A stretch of 64,000 bases of DNA from an uncultured Bacillota bacterium. Its GTDB lineage: Bacteria; Sysuimicrobiota; Sysuimicrobiia; Sysuimicrobiales; Segetimicrobiaceae. Below are positions 28,998-39,775 of the stretch, one piece after another. The DNA lies in NCBI GenBank assembly GCA_963804645.1, contig CAWDRG010000005.1, forward strand, positions 288,001 through 352,000. Reading direction: 5' to 3'. A program made the position numbers and the translations under genes. The stretch's first letter is position 1. Each line of letters opens with the position of its first letter. Below the pieces are notes generated by a model. That model was given only the letters and a program-made list of their open reading frames with translations. It made no database searches and was not told the origin of the DNA.

Positions 28998-30599
28998 ATG
29001 CACACTCGGCTCACCGGACTGATCGCCGCGTCGCTCCTCCTCGCCCTGGTCCTGCCCGCGTCCGCCGTCGTCCCAACGCGTCACGGTCCGCCGCATCTCG
29101 CCCTCTGGATGGAGCCCGGAGCCAACCTGCTGCAGTTGAGCACCCCCGACGGCGTCGCCGCCGCGCTCGACCGCGCGCGCGCCGCGGGGGTCGACGTCGT
29201 CATGCCCGAGGCGAAAAACGCGTGGGGATACGTCACGTACCGCAGCGGGTTCGCCCCGACGATCGCCGACTCGCCGCTCCCGCACGAGGGCCCCGGCGCC
29301 ACCTACCCGCCCCCGACGGGCTGGTATCCGCGCACCTACGACATGCTCGCGACGATCATTGCGGACGCCCACGCCCGCGGCATGCGCGTCGATGCCGCCG
29401 TCAACAGCTTCGGCGAGGGCTACTCGCCCCTGCGCGCCGGCCCCGCGTTCACCCATCCCGATTGGCAGGCGATCGCGTATCTCGCCACCCGGCGCGTGCT
29501 CGCCCCCAACGGACGATCCTACGCGCTGTCGGGCGTGAATGTTCCCCGCGATGACAACGCGCTCGTCCTGTACACGTCGCCGGCGGGCGGGCCGACGCCC
29601 GCGTCCCGCTGGGGCGTCGACGTCGCGGTCGAGCACGACGCGGTGACCGCGGTGCGCGATCGCGCCGCGGGACCGGCCGACCCGGGGCCCCTCACGATTC
29701 CCGCCGACGGCTACGTGCTCTCGGGGCACGGGAACGCCGCCGAATGGCTGCGGGAGGCGCTCTCGCCCGGCGCCGCGGTCTCACTCGGCCCGGTCGAGAC
29801 GTACATGGCCCCCTCGTCCTCCCACAGCATCTTCGCGTTTGTCAGCCCGGCGAACCCCCTCGTCTGGAACTACGAGCTCGGCGTGATCTACGAATTGATC
29901 ACGCGCTACGACGTGGACGGCATCATCTTGGATCGGACGCGGTACGAGGACGTGACCCAGGACTTCTCCCCGCTCAGCCGGGTCGGGTTCGAACAGTTCA
30001 TCGGCCATCCCGTCGCCCATTGGCCGGAGGACATCTACACGTACGCGCCGGACGGGTATTGGGTGTCCCGCCGGCCGGGCCCCCTGTACCGGGAGTGGCT
30101 GGGATACCGGGCGCACACGATCATGACGTACACGCGGGCGGTCACCCGGCTCGTCCGCACGATCCGCCCGAACATCGACGTCGCGATGTACGTCGGCGCC
30201 TGGTACTCGGTCTACTATGATGAAGGATCCAACTGGGGCAGCCCGGGGGTGCGGGCCCCGTACGCCTGGATCGGAGACGACTGGGTGCGGGCGGGCCTGG
30301 CCCCGCTCCTTGACTATCTCATGATCGGACTCTACTACCGCCCCGTGACCATCAGCGAGGCGCGCCGGCAGCACGACCACGCCGACGTCAGCGTCGAGGG
30401 TGCCGCCCGGCTGGGACTGTCCGTGGTCAACGGAGCCACGCCCGTCGTCGGATCGCTGCTGACGAGTCTCTACGCGAACGATCCGCAGCGGCTCACCGCC
30501 GCGATCCGCATGTCCGATCGTTTGACGAGCGGGACGATGCTCTTCGATCTCGTCTACATGAACGCCGATCAGTTCTGGGGCGACGTGCCCGCGCGGTGA
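28998..30599 (+). CDS. Secreted glycosyl hydrolase-like 10 (DUF187/GHL10) protein with an inserted domain
   Basis: Signal peptide; YDMLATIIADAHARGMRVDA, VSPANP, YDVDGIILDRTRY and LDYLMIGLY motifs; insert containing IPADGYVLSGHG. Confidence 0.75.
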   Translation: MHTRLTGLIAASLLLALVLPASAVVPTRHGPPHLALWMEPGANLLQLSTPDGVAAALDRARAAGVDVVMPEAKNAWGYVTYRSGFAPTIADSPLPHEGPGATYPPPTGWYPRTYDMLATIIADAHARGMRVDAAVNSFGEGYSPLRAGPAFTHPDWQAIAYLATRRVLAPNGRSYALSGVNVPRDDNALVLYTSPAGGPTPASRWGVDVAVEHDAVTAVRDRAAGPADPGPLTIPADGYVLSGHGNAAEWLREALSPGAAVSLGPVETYMAPSSSHSIFAFVSPANPLVWNYELGVIYELITRYDVDGIILDRTRYEDVTQDFSPLSRVGFEQFIGHPVAHWPEDIYTYAPDGYWVSRRPGPLYREWLGYRAHTIMTYTRAVTRLVRTIRPNIDVAMYVGAWYSVYYDEGSNWGSPGVRAPYAWIGDDWVRAGLAPLLDYLMIGLYYRPVTISEARRQHDHADVSVEGAARLGLSVVNGATPVVGSLLTSLYANDPQRLTAAIRMSDRLTSGTMLFDLVYMNADQFWGDVPAR

Positions 30600-30672
30600 C
30601 TCCCCGGCCGCTGCCGGGCGGGACCCCGCGCGACGCCGGGTCCGCCCACGACGCGCACCCTCGCGAAATACG

Positions 30673-30709
30673 GTGGGGACCCCGCCCGAACTGAGGCGAG
30701 GTCCCCACG
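30673..30709 (-). terminator. Intrinsic terminator-like hairpin
   Basis: Minus strand GTGGGGACCTCGCCT...GGGCGGGGTCCCCAC followed by CGTATTT; lies between convergent units. Confidence 0.65.
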
Positions 30710-30849
30710 TTGCCCGATCTCTATCCCTACGTAACACGCGGCGCGTCTGGGACCTGCGAGCGCAAGACCGCGCCGTGAACGAAATCCTCCCGCCGCACCG
30801 TCGTCGGCCAGCTACGCCACGATCGACGGGGACCGGAACTGCGGAAGAC

Positions 30850-30927
30850 CTATCCGGCCATCACCTCGAATCGCGGATACTGGCGGCAGGTCGGACGATA
30901 CGGCGTAGAGCGTCTACTATCTTCCAT
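30850..30927 (-). CDS. Putative 25-aa small protein MEDSRRSTPYRPTCRQYPRFEVMAG
   Basis: Near-perfect SD AAAGGAGGTGA just upstream of ATG, directly after a consensus-like promoter. Confidence 0.5.
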   Translation of the reverse strand: MEDSRRSTPYRPTCRQYPRFEVMAG

Positions 30928-30956
30928 CCGCATCACCTCCTTTCGTTACTATGCAC

Positions 30957-30985
30957 ATCATGGCGTGCGTGCGCGCACGTGTCAA
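30957..30985 (-). promoter_or_regulatory. Sigma70-type promoter
   Basis: TTGACA (30985-30980) - 17 nt - CATGAT (30962-30957). Confidence 0.6.
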
Positions 30986-31083
30986 GATCAAACCCGGGGA
31001 CCCGCGGCCGGCGCGGTCCCGCGCCGCGACACAAACGCCGGGACCGCACGGCCCCGGCGCACCCTCCCGAACGACGCTGCGCG

Positions 31084-31497
31084 CTATTTTTTGCCGTTCG
31101 ACCGCCGCTTCGAATGCGTCCGCAGCCACACCGCGATGGTCTCGCGCGTCATGGCGCCCTTCGCGACGCTGACGATGAATTCGACCACGTCCTCGGACGG
31201 CTGAAGGGCGAGCCGAAACCCCGCGTTCTCCAAGAACAGCCGCGTCGTCTCGAGCGCCGTGCGCTTGTTGCCGTCGTGGAACAATTGATCGCGTACCAAA
31301 CGATCTAGATAGAACGATGCCATATCCCAAACCGTGGGCTGGGGCCTGAGCGCGATGCGGGTCTGGACGAAGCTTACCAGCGACTCGAGGCTCGGAGGGT
31401 ACACGACGTTCTGCTCGCCCGCGAGGTACAATCCGCCGGTGGTGCGGATCATCCGCTGGTTGACAGTCTTGAGCTGCTCCGCTGTGAGGTACTTCAC
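31084..31497 (-). CDS. doc: Fic/Doc family (death-on-curing type) protein
   Basis: MKYLTAEQL start and DQLFHDGNKRTA motif; GTG overlaps the stop of the upstream small gene. Confidence 0.82.
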   Translation of the reverse strand: MKYLTAEQLKTVNQRMIRTTGGLYLAGEQNVVYPPSLESLVSFVQTRIALRPQPTVWDMASFYLDRLVRDQLFHDGNKRTALETTRLFLENAGFRLALQPSEDVVEFIVSVAKGAMTRETIAVWLRTHSKRRSNGKK

Positions 31498-31781
31498 CGT
31501 TTCGCCAACGCCTCCCACAGCGTGCGGTAATCGCGGAGACTGCGCTCGAGGCTCGAAAGGAACACGCGTTCGCTCACCACATCGGCCGGCGGCAGGGGCC
31601 TGGCCGGCCGCCGCGCCCGCGTGGCGCGGGACCCGACGACCCGTACGCGCCCGCGCGCGGCCGGACGCTTCGGTGCTTTCGATCGGCTGGTGGACGAGGA
31701 TTTCGAGGTCGCGGCCCGTGGTTTGGCCTTTTTCTTGGTTGTGACCCGCCGTATACCCGCTCTCGCGGATCCACGCCCCAT
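31494..31781 (-). CDS. Putative antitoxin for the Doc protein
   Basis: GGAGG RBS, coupled to doc. C-terminal helix RDYRTLWEALAKR resembles Doc-neutralising tails; basic disordered N-terminus. Confidence 0.55.
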   Translation of the reverse strand: MGRGSARAGIRRVTTKKKAKPRAATSKSSSTSRSKAPKRPAARGRVRVVGSRATRARRPARPLPPADVVSERVFLSSLERSLRDYRTLWEALAKR

Positions 31782-32061
31782 ATCTCGCCTCCCGTCGATT
31801 TAATCTATCATGGCCCTAGAGGAGACGCAACCCTGGAAGGCGCCGTGACGTGCATTCAGCGAGGAAAATCCCACATTATATGCTCAAATGAATGATCGCT
31901 CATCAATAAATCCATGGAGCACTCGATAGCGTGGCTCAAGAGACGGGTGGATCAGGCGAAGAGCCGGGGACCGAACATCGTACCCGAAATTGTAAGGGCG
32001 CCAAGCAGCACCAACCTGGCGCCCCAGTTGAGATTTTGAGTGTGCAGTAGTGGGGTTGTCT

Positions 32062-32265
32062 CTAGCCAACCACCCTCACGTTCTGGGCCTGGGGGCCCTT
32101 CTGACCTTGGGTAATCTCGAACTCCACGGTCTGCCCCTCTTCCAGGTTCCGAAAGCCCTCACCGGCGATCCCGGTGTAATGCACAAACACGTCCTTGCCC
32201 TCCTCCGGGGTAATGAACCCATAACCCTTCTCCCGGTTAAACCACTTGACCGTTCCCTTCGGCAT
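32062..32265 (-). CDS. cspA: Cold-shock protein (CspA family)
   Basis: [22 protein letters not shown] and [10 protein letters not shown] motifs. Confidence 0.95.
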   Translation of the reverse strand: MPKGTVKWFNREKGYGFITPEEGKDVFVHYTGIAGEGFRNLEEGQTVEFEITQGQKGPQAQNVRVVG

Positions 32266-32320
32266 GACCTTTCCTTCCTCCCCTGGGGCCAGTTGCCCCC
32301 ACGTAAAGTACCCCCATATA

Positions 32321-33430
32321 CTATGGACCCTTTTGCGAATCCTTCATGGCGCCGGGGGTGACGGCCGGCCTGACGCGCTCTGCGGCCCATGAGGAGACCG
32401 CGTCAGGCAGACGGCCTTCGACGACCGCGGCCGAGACCGCATGCGCCAGAATCGGTGCGAGCGACACGCCGGGGGCGTGCGGCACGGCGACGTAGATGCC
32501 GTCTTCGATCTCCCCGACCAGGGGCCGGGCGGGCGAGACCATGCCCCGCCAGGACCACGTGCGCGTGACGCGGGCAGCGGTCAGCGCGGGCGCAAGGTGC
32601 GCGGCCGCGGCGATCTCGCGCATCACGCCGACGGCCGACGTGCGTCCGGCATCGTCATACCCCACGTGGTCGAAGACGACCTCACCGCCGGCCTCCTGCC
32701 GCGCGCTGGAGACGCGATGGCGAAGCAGCGGCGGCAGCTTCTCGGTCACCGCGGCGCGGTGCCGCACGGACCGCGTCGGCACGGACAGACCGAGCTGCGT
32801 CCCGATCTCGGCCGCCCACCGGCCAGACGTGACCACCAGCTTCCGCACGTCGAGGGACCCTTGGGCACTGTGAAGGAGAAACCGCCCGCCGGCGTCTTCG
32901 ACGGTGACCGCGCCCGTGTGGAACAGAAAGGTGGCTCCGAGCGCGCCCGCGGCGGCGATCAACCGCTGCGCCAGCAGGTTGACGTTGAGGACGCCTTCGC
33001 GCGGCGAGTAGGTGGCTCCGCGAACCGCCCCATCGAGCGCCGGCTCACGCTGCAGCACCTCATCACGCGGCAGCCACTGCACCGGCAGGGCCGCCTCCGC
33101 CTGCGCCACCGCGAACGCCTCTTTGGCCGACGCGTCCGCATCGGTCCACGCCGGAGCGAGCCCGCCGGTCATCAGGTACCCGAACGGGCCGATCTGCTCT
33201 TCCAGCTGCTGGAACCGTCCGACGCTCTCCAAGCCGACCCGCGCGATCTCCGCGGCCTCGGTATGGTCCCAAACCGTGGCGGAGTACACGCCGGCGAGCC
33301 CGCTCCGGGGCCCGCCCTGCTGAATCACGATCGGCGCGAGCTTCCGGCGGGCAAGCGCGCGTGCCACGAGGCACCCGAGCACTCCGGCTCCGAGCACGGC
33401 CACCTCGCCGCTGCGCGGCCGTTCGCTCAT
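32321..33430 (-). CDS. FAD-dependent oxidoreductase, DAO/sarcosine oxidase beta-like
   Basis: [24 protein letters not shown] and GVSLAP motifs. Confidence 0.8.
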   Translation of the reverse strand: MSERPRSGEVAVLGAGVLGCLVARALARRKLAPIVIQQGGPRSGLAGVYSATVWDHTEAAEIARVGLESVGRFQQLEEQIGPFGYLMTGGLAPAWTDADASAKEAFAVAQAEAALPVQWLPRDEVLQREPALDGAVRGATYSPREGVLNVNLLAQRLIAAAGALGATFLFHTGAVTVEDAGGRFLLHSAQGSLDVRKLVVTSGRWAAEIGTQLGLSVPTRSVRHRAAVTEKLPPLLRHRVSSARQEAGGEVVFDHVGYDDAGRTSAVGVMREIAAAAHLAPALTAARVTRTWSWRGMVSPARPLVGEIEDGIYVAVPHAPGVSLAPILAHAVSAAVVEGRLPDAVSSWAAERVRPAVTPGAMKDSQKGP

Positions 33431-34692
33431 CCGCCGTCGAGATGCGGCAGCGCGGCCAGCGCGGCGATCGGCACCGGCCGCGCCGGTGGGTACATCGGCG
33501 GCAGCGCGAACCGTCCGATCGGACGCTCCAGCGCACCGGCGAGCCAGCGGAGCATCGCTCCCTCGCACCGCCGGGCCCCGCACTCCCCAGCCCCGCAGCG
33601 GGTCATGCGCCGCAGGTCCTCGGGCGTTTGGGCGCCTTCGCCGACCGCGTCGCGCAGTGCGTCCACGGTCACGCCCTCGCAGGGACAGACGACGGTCCCG
33701 GGCCGGGCGTCCCAGCCGTCCACCACCTCGTCGGGAAACACGCCCGTCATGAGGGACTCGCGCGCCCGCGCGTGCAGCGGGATCGACGCGGCCCGCAGCC
33801 GCTCGCGCGCCTCCGCGATCTTCGCGTCCGCGTCCGGCAGCACGCCGAGTGCCGCGAGCGCCGCCCGAGCCGCGAGGCGGCCGGACTCGGCCGCGGCGCG
33901 CGGCGAATCCACGCCGGAGGCATCCCCGGCGACAAAGATCTTGGACGCCGGCCCGTGCAGCATCAGGAACGGGTCGTAGCGGGGCACCCATCCGCCGAGC
34001 ATCGGGTGGTAGACGCACGGACAGGCCGCGAGGCGGGCGAGCTCCGTCGCGGGCGACCTGGGAGACTCGACGGAGAGCAGCGCGCACGGATGCCGGCTGC
34101 CGTCCGAAAGTTCGATCTCCGCGACGGCGTCGCCGCCGTGCGCGGCCGCCAGCGCTCCGGCCACGTACGGCACGGCATCGGCGAGCCCCGGCGGACGCGC
34201 GGGGGCAACCGCGATGACCGCGACGCCCCGCTCGTGCAGTCGATTGGCCAGCGCGGCAGCCCCCGCGGCGCCGACCACGACCGCGGGGCCGGCGTCCGGC
34301 GTCACGCGTCCCGCGCGCACGGCCTCCCACCCCGCGTCGACGGTCGTCACGCCCGCGAGGGTCCAGCCGGGGAAGGGCAGCATCGCCTCTCGGGCGCCGG
34401 GAGCCAGGATGACGGCCTGCGCGGCGACCGCGTCGGCCCGCTCGCCGCGTACGACGTACAGGGTGCGTCCGCACACGCCCCACACCGAGCTGTTCCGCCA
34501 GACCTCGGCGGGACCGAGATCGCGCATCAGCCCTTCGGTCAGGCCGCGGGCGCCCGGGACGACCATCGCCCGCCCGCCGAGGGCCGGCCGCTCTTCGATC
34601 AGCAGCACGTGCGCGCCCAAGGCGCGGGCGTCGCCGGCAGCGGCGAGACCCGCCGGACCCGCGCCCACGACCGCGAGCTGGACCGACGTCAC
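33427..34692 (-). CDS. FAD/NAD oxidoreductase with C-terminal BFD-like [2Fe-2S] domain (HcnB/opine oxidase-like)
   Basis: VVGAGPAGL, PFPGWTLAGV, VAGDASG and VCPCEGVT...TRCGAGECGARRC motifs. Confidence 0.82.
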   Translation of the reverse strand: MTSVQLAVVGAGPAGLAAAGDARALGAHVLLIEERPALGGRAMVVPGARGLTEGLMRDLGPAEVWRNSSVWGVCGRTLYVVRGERADAVAAQAVILAPGAREAMLPFPGWTLAGVTTVDAGWEAVRAGRVTPDAGPAVVVGAAGAAALANRLHERGVAVIAVAPARPPGLADAVPYVAGALAAAHGGDAVAEIELSDGSRHPCALLSVESPRSPATELARLAACPCVYHPMLGGWVPRYDPFLMLHGPASKIFVAGDASGVDSPRAAAESGRLAARAALAALGVLPDADAKIAEARERLRAASIPLHARARESLMTGVFPDEVVDGWDARPGTVVCPCEGVTVDALRDAVGEGAQTPEDLRRMTRCGAGECGARRCEGAMLRWLAGALERPIGRFALPPMYPPARPVPIAALAALPHLDGG

Positions 34693-36955
34693 CGTCGCGC
34701 GGAGACCCGCAGAGCCGCGCTCACGACCTCGGCGGTCATCGGCAGCTGCTCGACCCGCGCGCCCGTGGCGCTCGCGATTGCGTTGCCGATCGCCGCGGCC
34801 ACCGGCACGACCGGGGGCTCGCCCACGCCCTTCGCGCCAAACGGCCCGTGCTCGGAGGGCACTTCCACGAGATGCGCGCGCATCATCGGGACGTCGCCGG
34901 CGCGCGGGACGGCGTAGTCGACGAAGCTGCCGGTCGACAGTGTCCCGGCGTCGTCGTAGCTCATGCGCTCGAACAAAGCCCACCCGATGCCCTGCGCGAC
35001 GCCGCCGTGGATCTGTCCGAGCACCGCGGCGGGATTGATCGCGCGGCCGACGTCCTGCGCGACCGCGTACTCGAGCACCCGCACGCGGCCGGCCTCCGGA
35101 TCGACGTGCACGCGCACGGCGTGCGCGCCGAAGCCGGGCGCCCGGTGCGTGATCGCCTGCGACCCCACCCCGAACACCGGCGGGTGCTGCGCCCCGAACC
35201 CCGAGGTGAGCTTGGCAAGGTCCGCGACGGCGATCGCGCGCGACGGCGTCCCCCGGACGTGGGCGCGTCCCTCGACGATCTCCACGTCCGCCTCGGCGGC
35301 CTCGAGGCGGGACGCCGCGAGCCGGATCAGCTGGCGGCGCGCGTCCTCGGCCGCGGCCTGCACCGCCGCGCCGACGGTGTAGGTGATCTTGCTCCCGCCG
35401 GCCATGCCGGCCGACGGCGCGTCGTCGGTGTCGCCGTCGACGACGCGCACCGATTCCACGGGCACGCCCAGCGCCTGCGCGGTGATCTGCGCGATGGTGG
35501 TCGTCGTCCCGCTGATGTCGACCGAGCCGACGAGCACCTGCACCCCGCCGTCGGCGTTCATCCGCACGCAGGCGCTCGCCGGCTCGAGCCCGCCGAGCCA
35601 TCCGCCGATCGCGATCCCGACCCCGTCGTGGTTGGTGCGGCCGCGCACCATCGGATCCGCCGCGAGCGCCTCCAGCGACTCCCGCAGCCCGATGCGAGGC
35701 CACGCCTCGCCGGTCGGCATCGGATCGCCCATCTCCGACGCGTTGCGCATGCGGAACTCCAGCGGATCCTGCCCGAGCGCGCGCGCGACCTCGTCGACCA
35801 GGGACTCGATCGCGAACGTCGCCTGCGGCGCGCCGGGCGCGCGGTAGGCGCCGACCGGCGCCTTGTGGGTGAGCACCTCGTGGCCGGTGATGTCCAGCGC
35901 CGGCGTCCGGTAGTACCCCCCAGCAGGAGCGCGGCGATGTTGACCGGCGCCCCCGGATAGGCGCCCGCGTCGAACAGCAGGCGCGCCTGCAGCGCCGAGA
36001 TCGTCCCGTCCTGCCGCGCGCCCAGTTTCACGTCCAGGATCGACTGGGGCGCCGGCGTGCCGGTGCGAAACTCGTCGGCGCGGGTCAGGAGCAGCCGGAT
36101 CGGACGGCCGAGGGCCACCGCGATCGCCGCGGCCAGCGGCTCCAGCAGCAGGACTTTGGCTCCAAAGCCGCCCCCGACGGCCATCGGCACGACGCGCACC
36201 GACGACTCGGGAAGCCCCAGCACCGCCGCGACGTTCTCGCGCGCGTAGAACAGCCCCTGCGTCGCCGTCCAGATCGTCACGCGCCGCGCGAACGGATCGT
36301 AGTCGGCCACCGTGGCATGCGGCTCGAGATACGCCTGGTGCACGACCGAGGTGCGGAACCGCCGGCCCACGACGACCGCGGCGTCGCGGAAGCCCCGCTC
36401 CACGTCTCCACGCGAGAACCGCACGCGGCTCGCGATGTTGCTCGGTGGCCCCGACGCCGCCTCCTCTTCCACCTTAATCGCGGCGTGCAGCAGCGATTCC
36501 GAGCTCTTTCCGGCCAGGTCGGGCTGGACGAGCGGCGCGTCCGGCGCGCCGGCCGCGACCGGATCGACGAGGGCCGGCAGCGGCTCGTACTCCACCGCCG
36601 CGCTCAGCCGCTCGAGGCCGTCTTCGGCGGCCGCCTCCGTGTCGGCGAGGACGACCGCCACGGGCTCGCCCTCGTACCGGACCTCGCCCCGCGCCAGCAG
36701 GAACCTCGCCCGCGAGGACGGCGCGGGATCGCCGGACGGGAGGTCGTCGACCGTCACCACCGCGACGACCCCCGGGGCTCGGAGCGCGGCGTCCTTCGGA
36801 ATGCGGCGGATCTTGGCGTGCGCATACGGACTCAGCAGGAGGCGCCCGTGGAGCACGCCCCGCACCCACATATCCGCGGTGAACCGCTCGCGTCCGGTGA
36901 CTTTCTGCTCGCCGTCGACCCGGCGCAGCGACTTGCCAACGACCGAGAACGCCAT
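34689..36955 (-). CDS. Xanthine dehydrogenase-family molybdopterin-binding subunit (frameshift near 35915)
   Basis: RVDGEQKVTG, HQAYLEPH, VGGGFGAK, GAYRAPG, QIHGGVAQGIG and GAKGVGE motifs. Confidence 0.9.
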
Positions 36956-37135
36956 CCCGAACACCTCGTGGTCGTGCATCGTATCTACTCAGGGGACGAT
37001 CAAGGGTTCCAGCCGCGCGCGGGCCGCTCCTGCACCGAGGAGACCCGGGCGCGTGGCGCGAATCCTACACGAACCTGGTTGCGGCCGCGCACCTCGCCCG
37101 CCCGGACGTTCCGCGAGACAGGAGTCGCTGGCATC

Positions 37136-38050
37136 ATGCGCGCATGGACAGTCGCCCGCCGCGTCGTCGGCATCGGCGTGATCATCGGGTTCTTCCTCGG
37201 GCTCGTCGGCATGCAGCTTCCGGTGCAGCCGCCGGAAACCGCGCGGGAGACGGCCCCCGCGATCGTTGCGGCGCCGATCCCGCGTGGAGACGCGCGGTTT
37301 CTCGTCGTCGGACTCACGCAGGATCGGCAGCGCACCGATACCGTCGAAGTCGTGCAGTGGGACGACGCCCACCATCGCGTCCGGATCCTCGGCGTCCCGC
37401 GCGACATCAACATCTCCCTGCCCGGGTTTCACACCACCAAGCTCGATCACGCCTTCGCGACCGGGGGCATCGGCAGGAGCCGCGCCGCGGTCGTCCGGCT
37501 GCTCAACGTGCCGATCGCGCACTACGTCGTGTTTACGCTGCCCGCGATGCGGCAGATCGTCGATCTGATCGGCGGCGTGCCGATCACCGTGGAGAAGCGG
37601 ATGGTGTACACCGACCGCGAGCAGGGCCTGTACATCAACCTCCAGCCGGGCCCGCAGATGCTCGACGGTGCGCACGCCGAGCAGTACCTCCGGTTTCGCA
37701 ACGATCCCGAGGGCGACATCGGACGGATCCGCCGCCAGCAGCACTTCCTCCGGGCCGCGCTCGCCCAGATCCACACCCCCGGCGTGCTGGTGCGCCTGCC
37801 GCAAATTATGGAAGCGGCCCACAACGACATCCAAACCGACCTGACCTCGTCCGAGATGTTGGGCTGGCTTCGCCGCGTGCAGCCGCTGACGCCGGAGGAA
37901 GTCACCGCGGAGTCGATCAACGGGCGGCCCGTCGTGCTCTACGACGACCTCGCCCGCATGCGGCTGGACTTCTGGGAGCCGGACCCGACCGATCTGCGCG
38001 CCAAGGTGCGCTGGCTGGCCACGGGCGTGCCGCCCGTGACCAAGCCGTGA
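37136..38050 (+). CDS. LCP (LytR-CpsA-Psr) family protein
   Basis: N-terminal TM; RTDT, VPRD and YLRFRNDPEGDIGRIRRQQ motifs. Confidence 0.9.
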   Translation: MRAWTVARRVVGIGVIIGFFLGLVGMQLPVQPPETARETAPAIVAAPIPRGDARFLVVGLTQDRQRTDTVEVVQWDDAHHRVRILGVPRDINISLPGFHTTKLDHAFATGGIGRSRAAVVRLLNVPIAHYVVFTLPAMRQIVDLIGGVPITVEKRMVYTDREQGLYINLQPGPQMLDGAHAEQYLRFRNDPEGDIGRIRRQQHFLRAALAQIHTPGVLVRLPQIMEAAHNDIQTDLTSSEMLGWLRRVQPLTPEEVTAESINGRPVVLYDDLARMRLDFWEPDPTDLRAKVRWLATGVPPVTKP

Positions 38051-38152
38051 CCGCTCCGTGCCGACCCCGCCCGACCTCATCCGGCGGCCGTCGTTCTGGC
38101 TGATCGTCGTGCTCGTCATCGTCATCCCGACCGTGGCCTTCTTCTCGTCGCA

Positions 38153-38527
38153 ATGGCTGCTGCGCGCGCTGACCCCCCCGAAGCACTCGCTCGGATCGCC
38201 CGCCGTGATCGCGCAGGCCCCCCGGTGACGGCCGCGGACGAGGGCGGCGTCCGGCGGGAAGGCATTCTGCTCGAATCCCTGGACGACCCGGCGTTTCGCC
38301 TGACGCAGCCGATGCGGCTCATCGCCGAGTACGAACCCGGCGCCGTGATCGTCATGTGGGATGAGACGCGCGACTTCGGCGTGGGCGCCACGCTCGAGGC
38401 GGCCGTGAACGACTTTCGCCACTCCATCACCGAGATGTACCGCCGCGTCGAGGACGTCCCCGGCAAGAGCGGCCCGCGCGTCGCGGCGGTGTGGCACGTG
38501 CTGGCGCGCTACATCGAACGGAGCTGA
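38153..38527 (+). CDS. Hypothetical protein (start uncertain)
   Basis: GC3-biased frame between LCP and the dehydrogenase; GVGATLEAAVNDF segment. Confidence 0.45.
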   Translation: MAAARADPPEALARIARRDRAGPPVTAADEGGVRREGILLESLDDPAFRLTQPMRLIAEYEPGAVIVMWDETRDFGVGATLEAAVNDFRHSITEMYRRVEDVPGKSGPRVAAVWHVLARYIERS

Positions 38528-38575
38528 CCGCAAGGCGCGGGGGAACCCCGGCCGCCGGCCGAGAATCGTCTGCGT

Positions 38576-39594
38576 ATGAAGGCGGTACTGCTGTACGGCG
38601 AGCGCGATCTGCGGGTCGGCACGCTGCCCGATCCCGTCCCGGGCCCCGGCGAACTGCTGCTGCGCGTGCGCGAGGTCGGGGTGTGCGGCAGCGACCTGCA
38701 TTTCTACCGTCAGGACGGGATCGCCCCGATCGACCCCAGTGATCCGCTCGTGCTCGGCCACGAGTTTTCCGCCGAGATCGCGGACGATCGCGGCACGGCG
38801 ATCGGGCTCCCGCCCGGCCGCCTGGTCGCCGTCGATCCGGCGCGGCCGTGCGAACGCTGCGAGTGGTGCCATCGCGGCGACGTCAACCTCTGTCCCCACC
38901 AGCGGTTCGCGGGCACCCCGGGCATGCACGGCGGGCTCGCCGAGTACCACACCGCGCCCCCGGACGCGATCGTGCCGCTGCCCGAGGAGTTTGACGCGAC
39001 GACCGCCGCGCTGTTGGAGCCGCTCGGGGTCGCCGTGCAGGCGCTCGACCTCGCCCACCTGCGCCCGCTGGACACCGTGGCGGTGCTCGGGGCCGGCCCG
39101 ATCGGCCTCCTGGTCGCCCAGGTCGCGCGGGCGTCCGGGGCGGGACGGGTGTACGTCGTCGATCCGCTCCGCTACCGGCAGGACGCAGCGCGCCGGCTGG
39201 AGGTCGACGGCGTGGCCGAGCATGCGGACGCGGTGCTCGGATGGACACAGGGGCGCGGGGTCGATGTCGTGCTCGAGGCGACCAACGCCCCCTCCGGCGC
39301 GGCGGACGCCGCGGAGATCGCACGGATCGGGGGACGCATCGTGCTCGTCGGCATCCCCGAAGGCGACGCGCTGACCTTCAAGGCGTCGCTCGTCAGGCGC
39401 AAGGGGCTGACCGTCAAGTTCCAGCGGCGGATGGGCCGCGTGTATCCGCGCGCGATCGAGATGGTGCGCAGCGCGCGCGTCCGCCTGGCCCCGGTCGCCA
39501 CCCACCGGGCGCCGCTCGACCGGACACCGAAGCCTTTGCGCTGCAGGAGAACTACCGGGACGGTGTGATCAAGACGATGATCGTGGTCCGCTAG
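38576..39594 (+). CDS. Zinc-dependent medium-chain dehydrogenase (sorbitol/threonine dehydrogenase-like), frameshift near 39530
   Basis: GVCGSDLH, GHEF, CERCEWC...C and GAGPIG motifs. Confidence 0.9.
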
Positions 39595-39775
39595 GCACGC
39601 GCCGGGTCCGGCCCGCGCGCGGATCGGGGCGCTCCCGCATCCACCGCGGGCCGAGCGGCGTGATCACCGGGACGTCGGGGACGAGATTAGCCGCGCCGGC
39701 GAAACGCCCTGCGGTATGGCACTAGCCGAGCAACACGAAGCTGGACGGGTCAGACGCGTCCCGCGTCGTTCGACC

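Noticed and set aside
30928..30945. ATCACCTCCTTTC resembling the 3' end of 16S rRNA
   Set aside because: No surrounding rRNA sequence; it is the complement of a strong SD on the minus strand.
34689..36955. Mo subunit as CO dehydrogenase CoxL
   Set aside because: The loop is AYRAPG, not AYxCSFR (form I) or AYxGAGR (form II), and coxS/coxM are absent.
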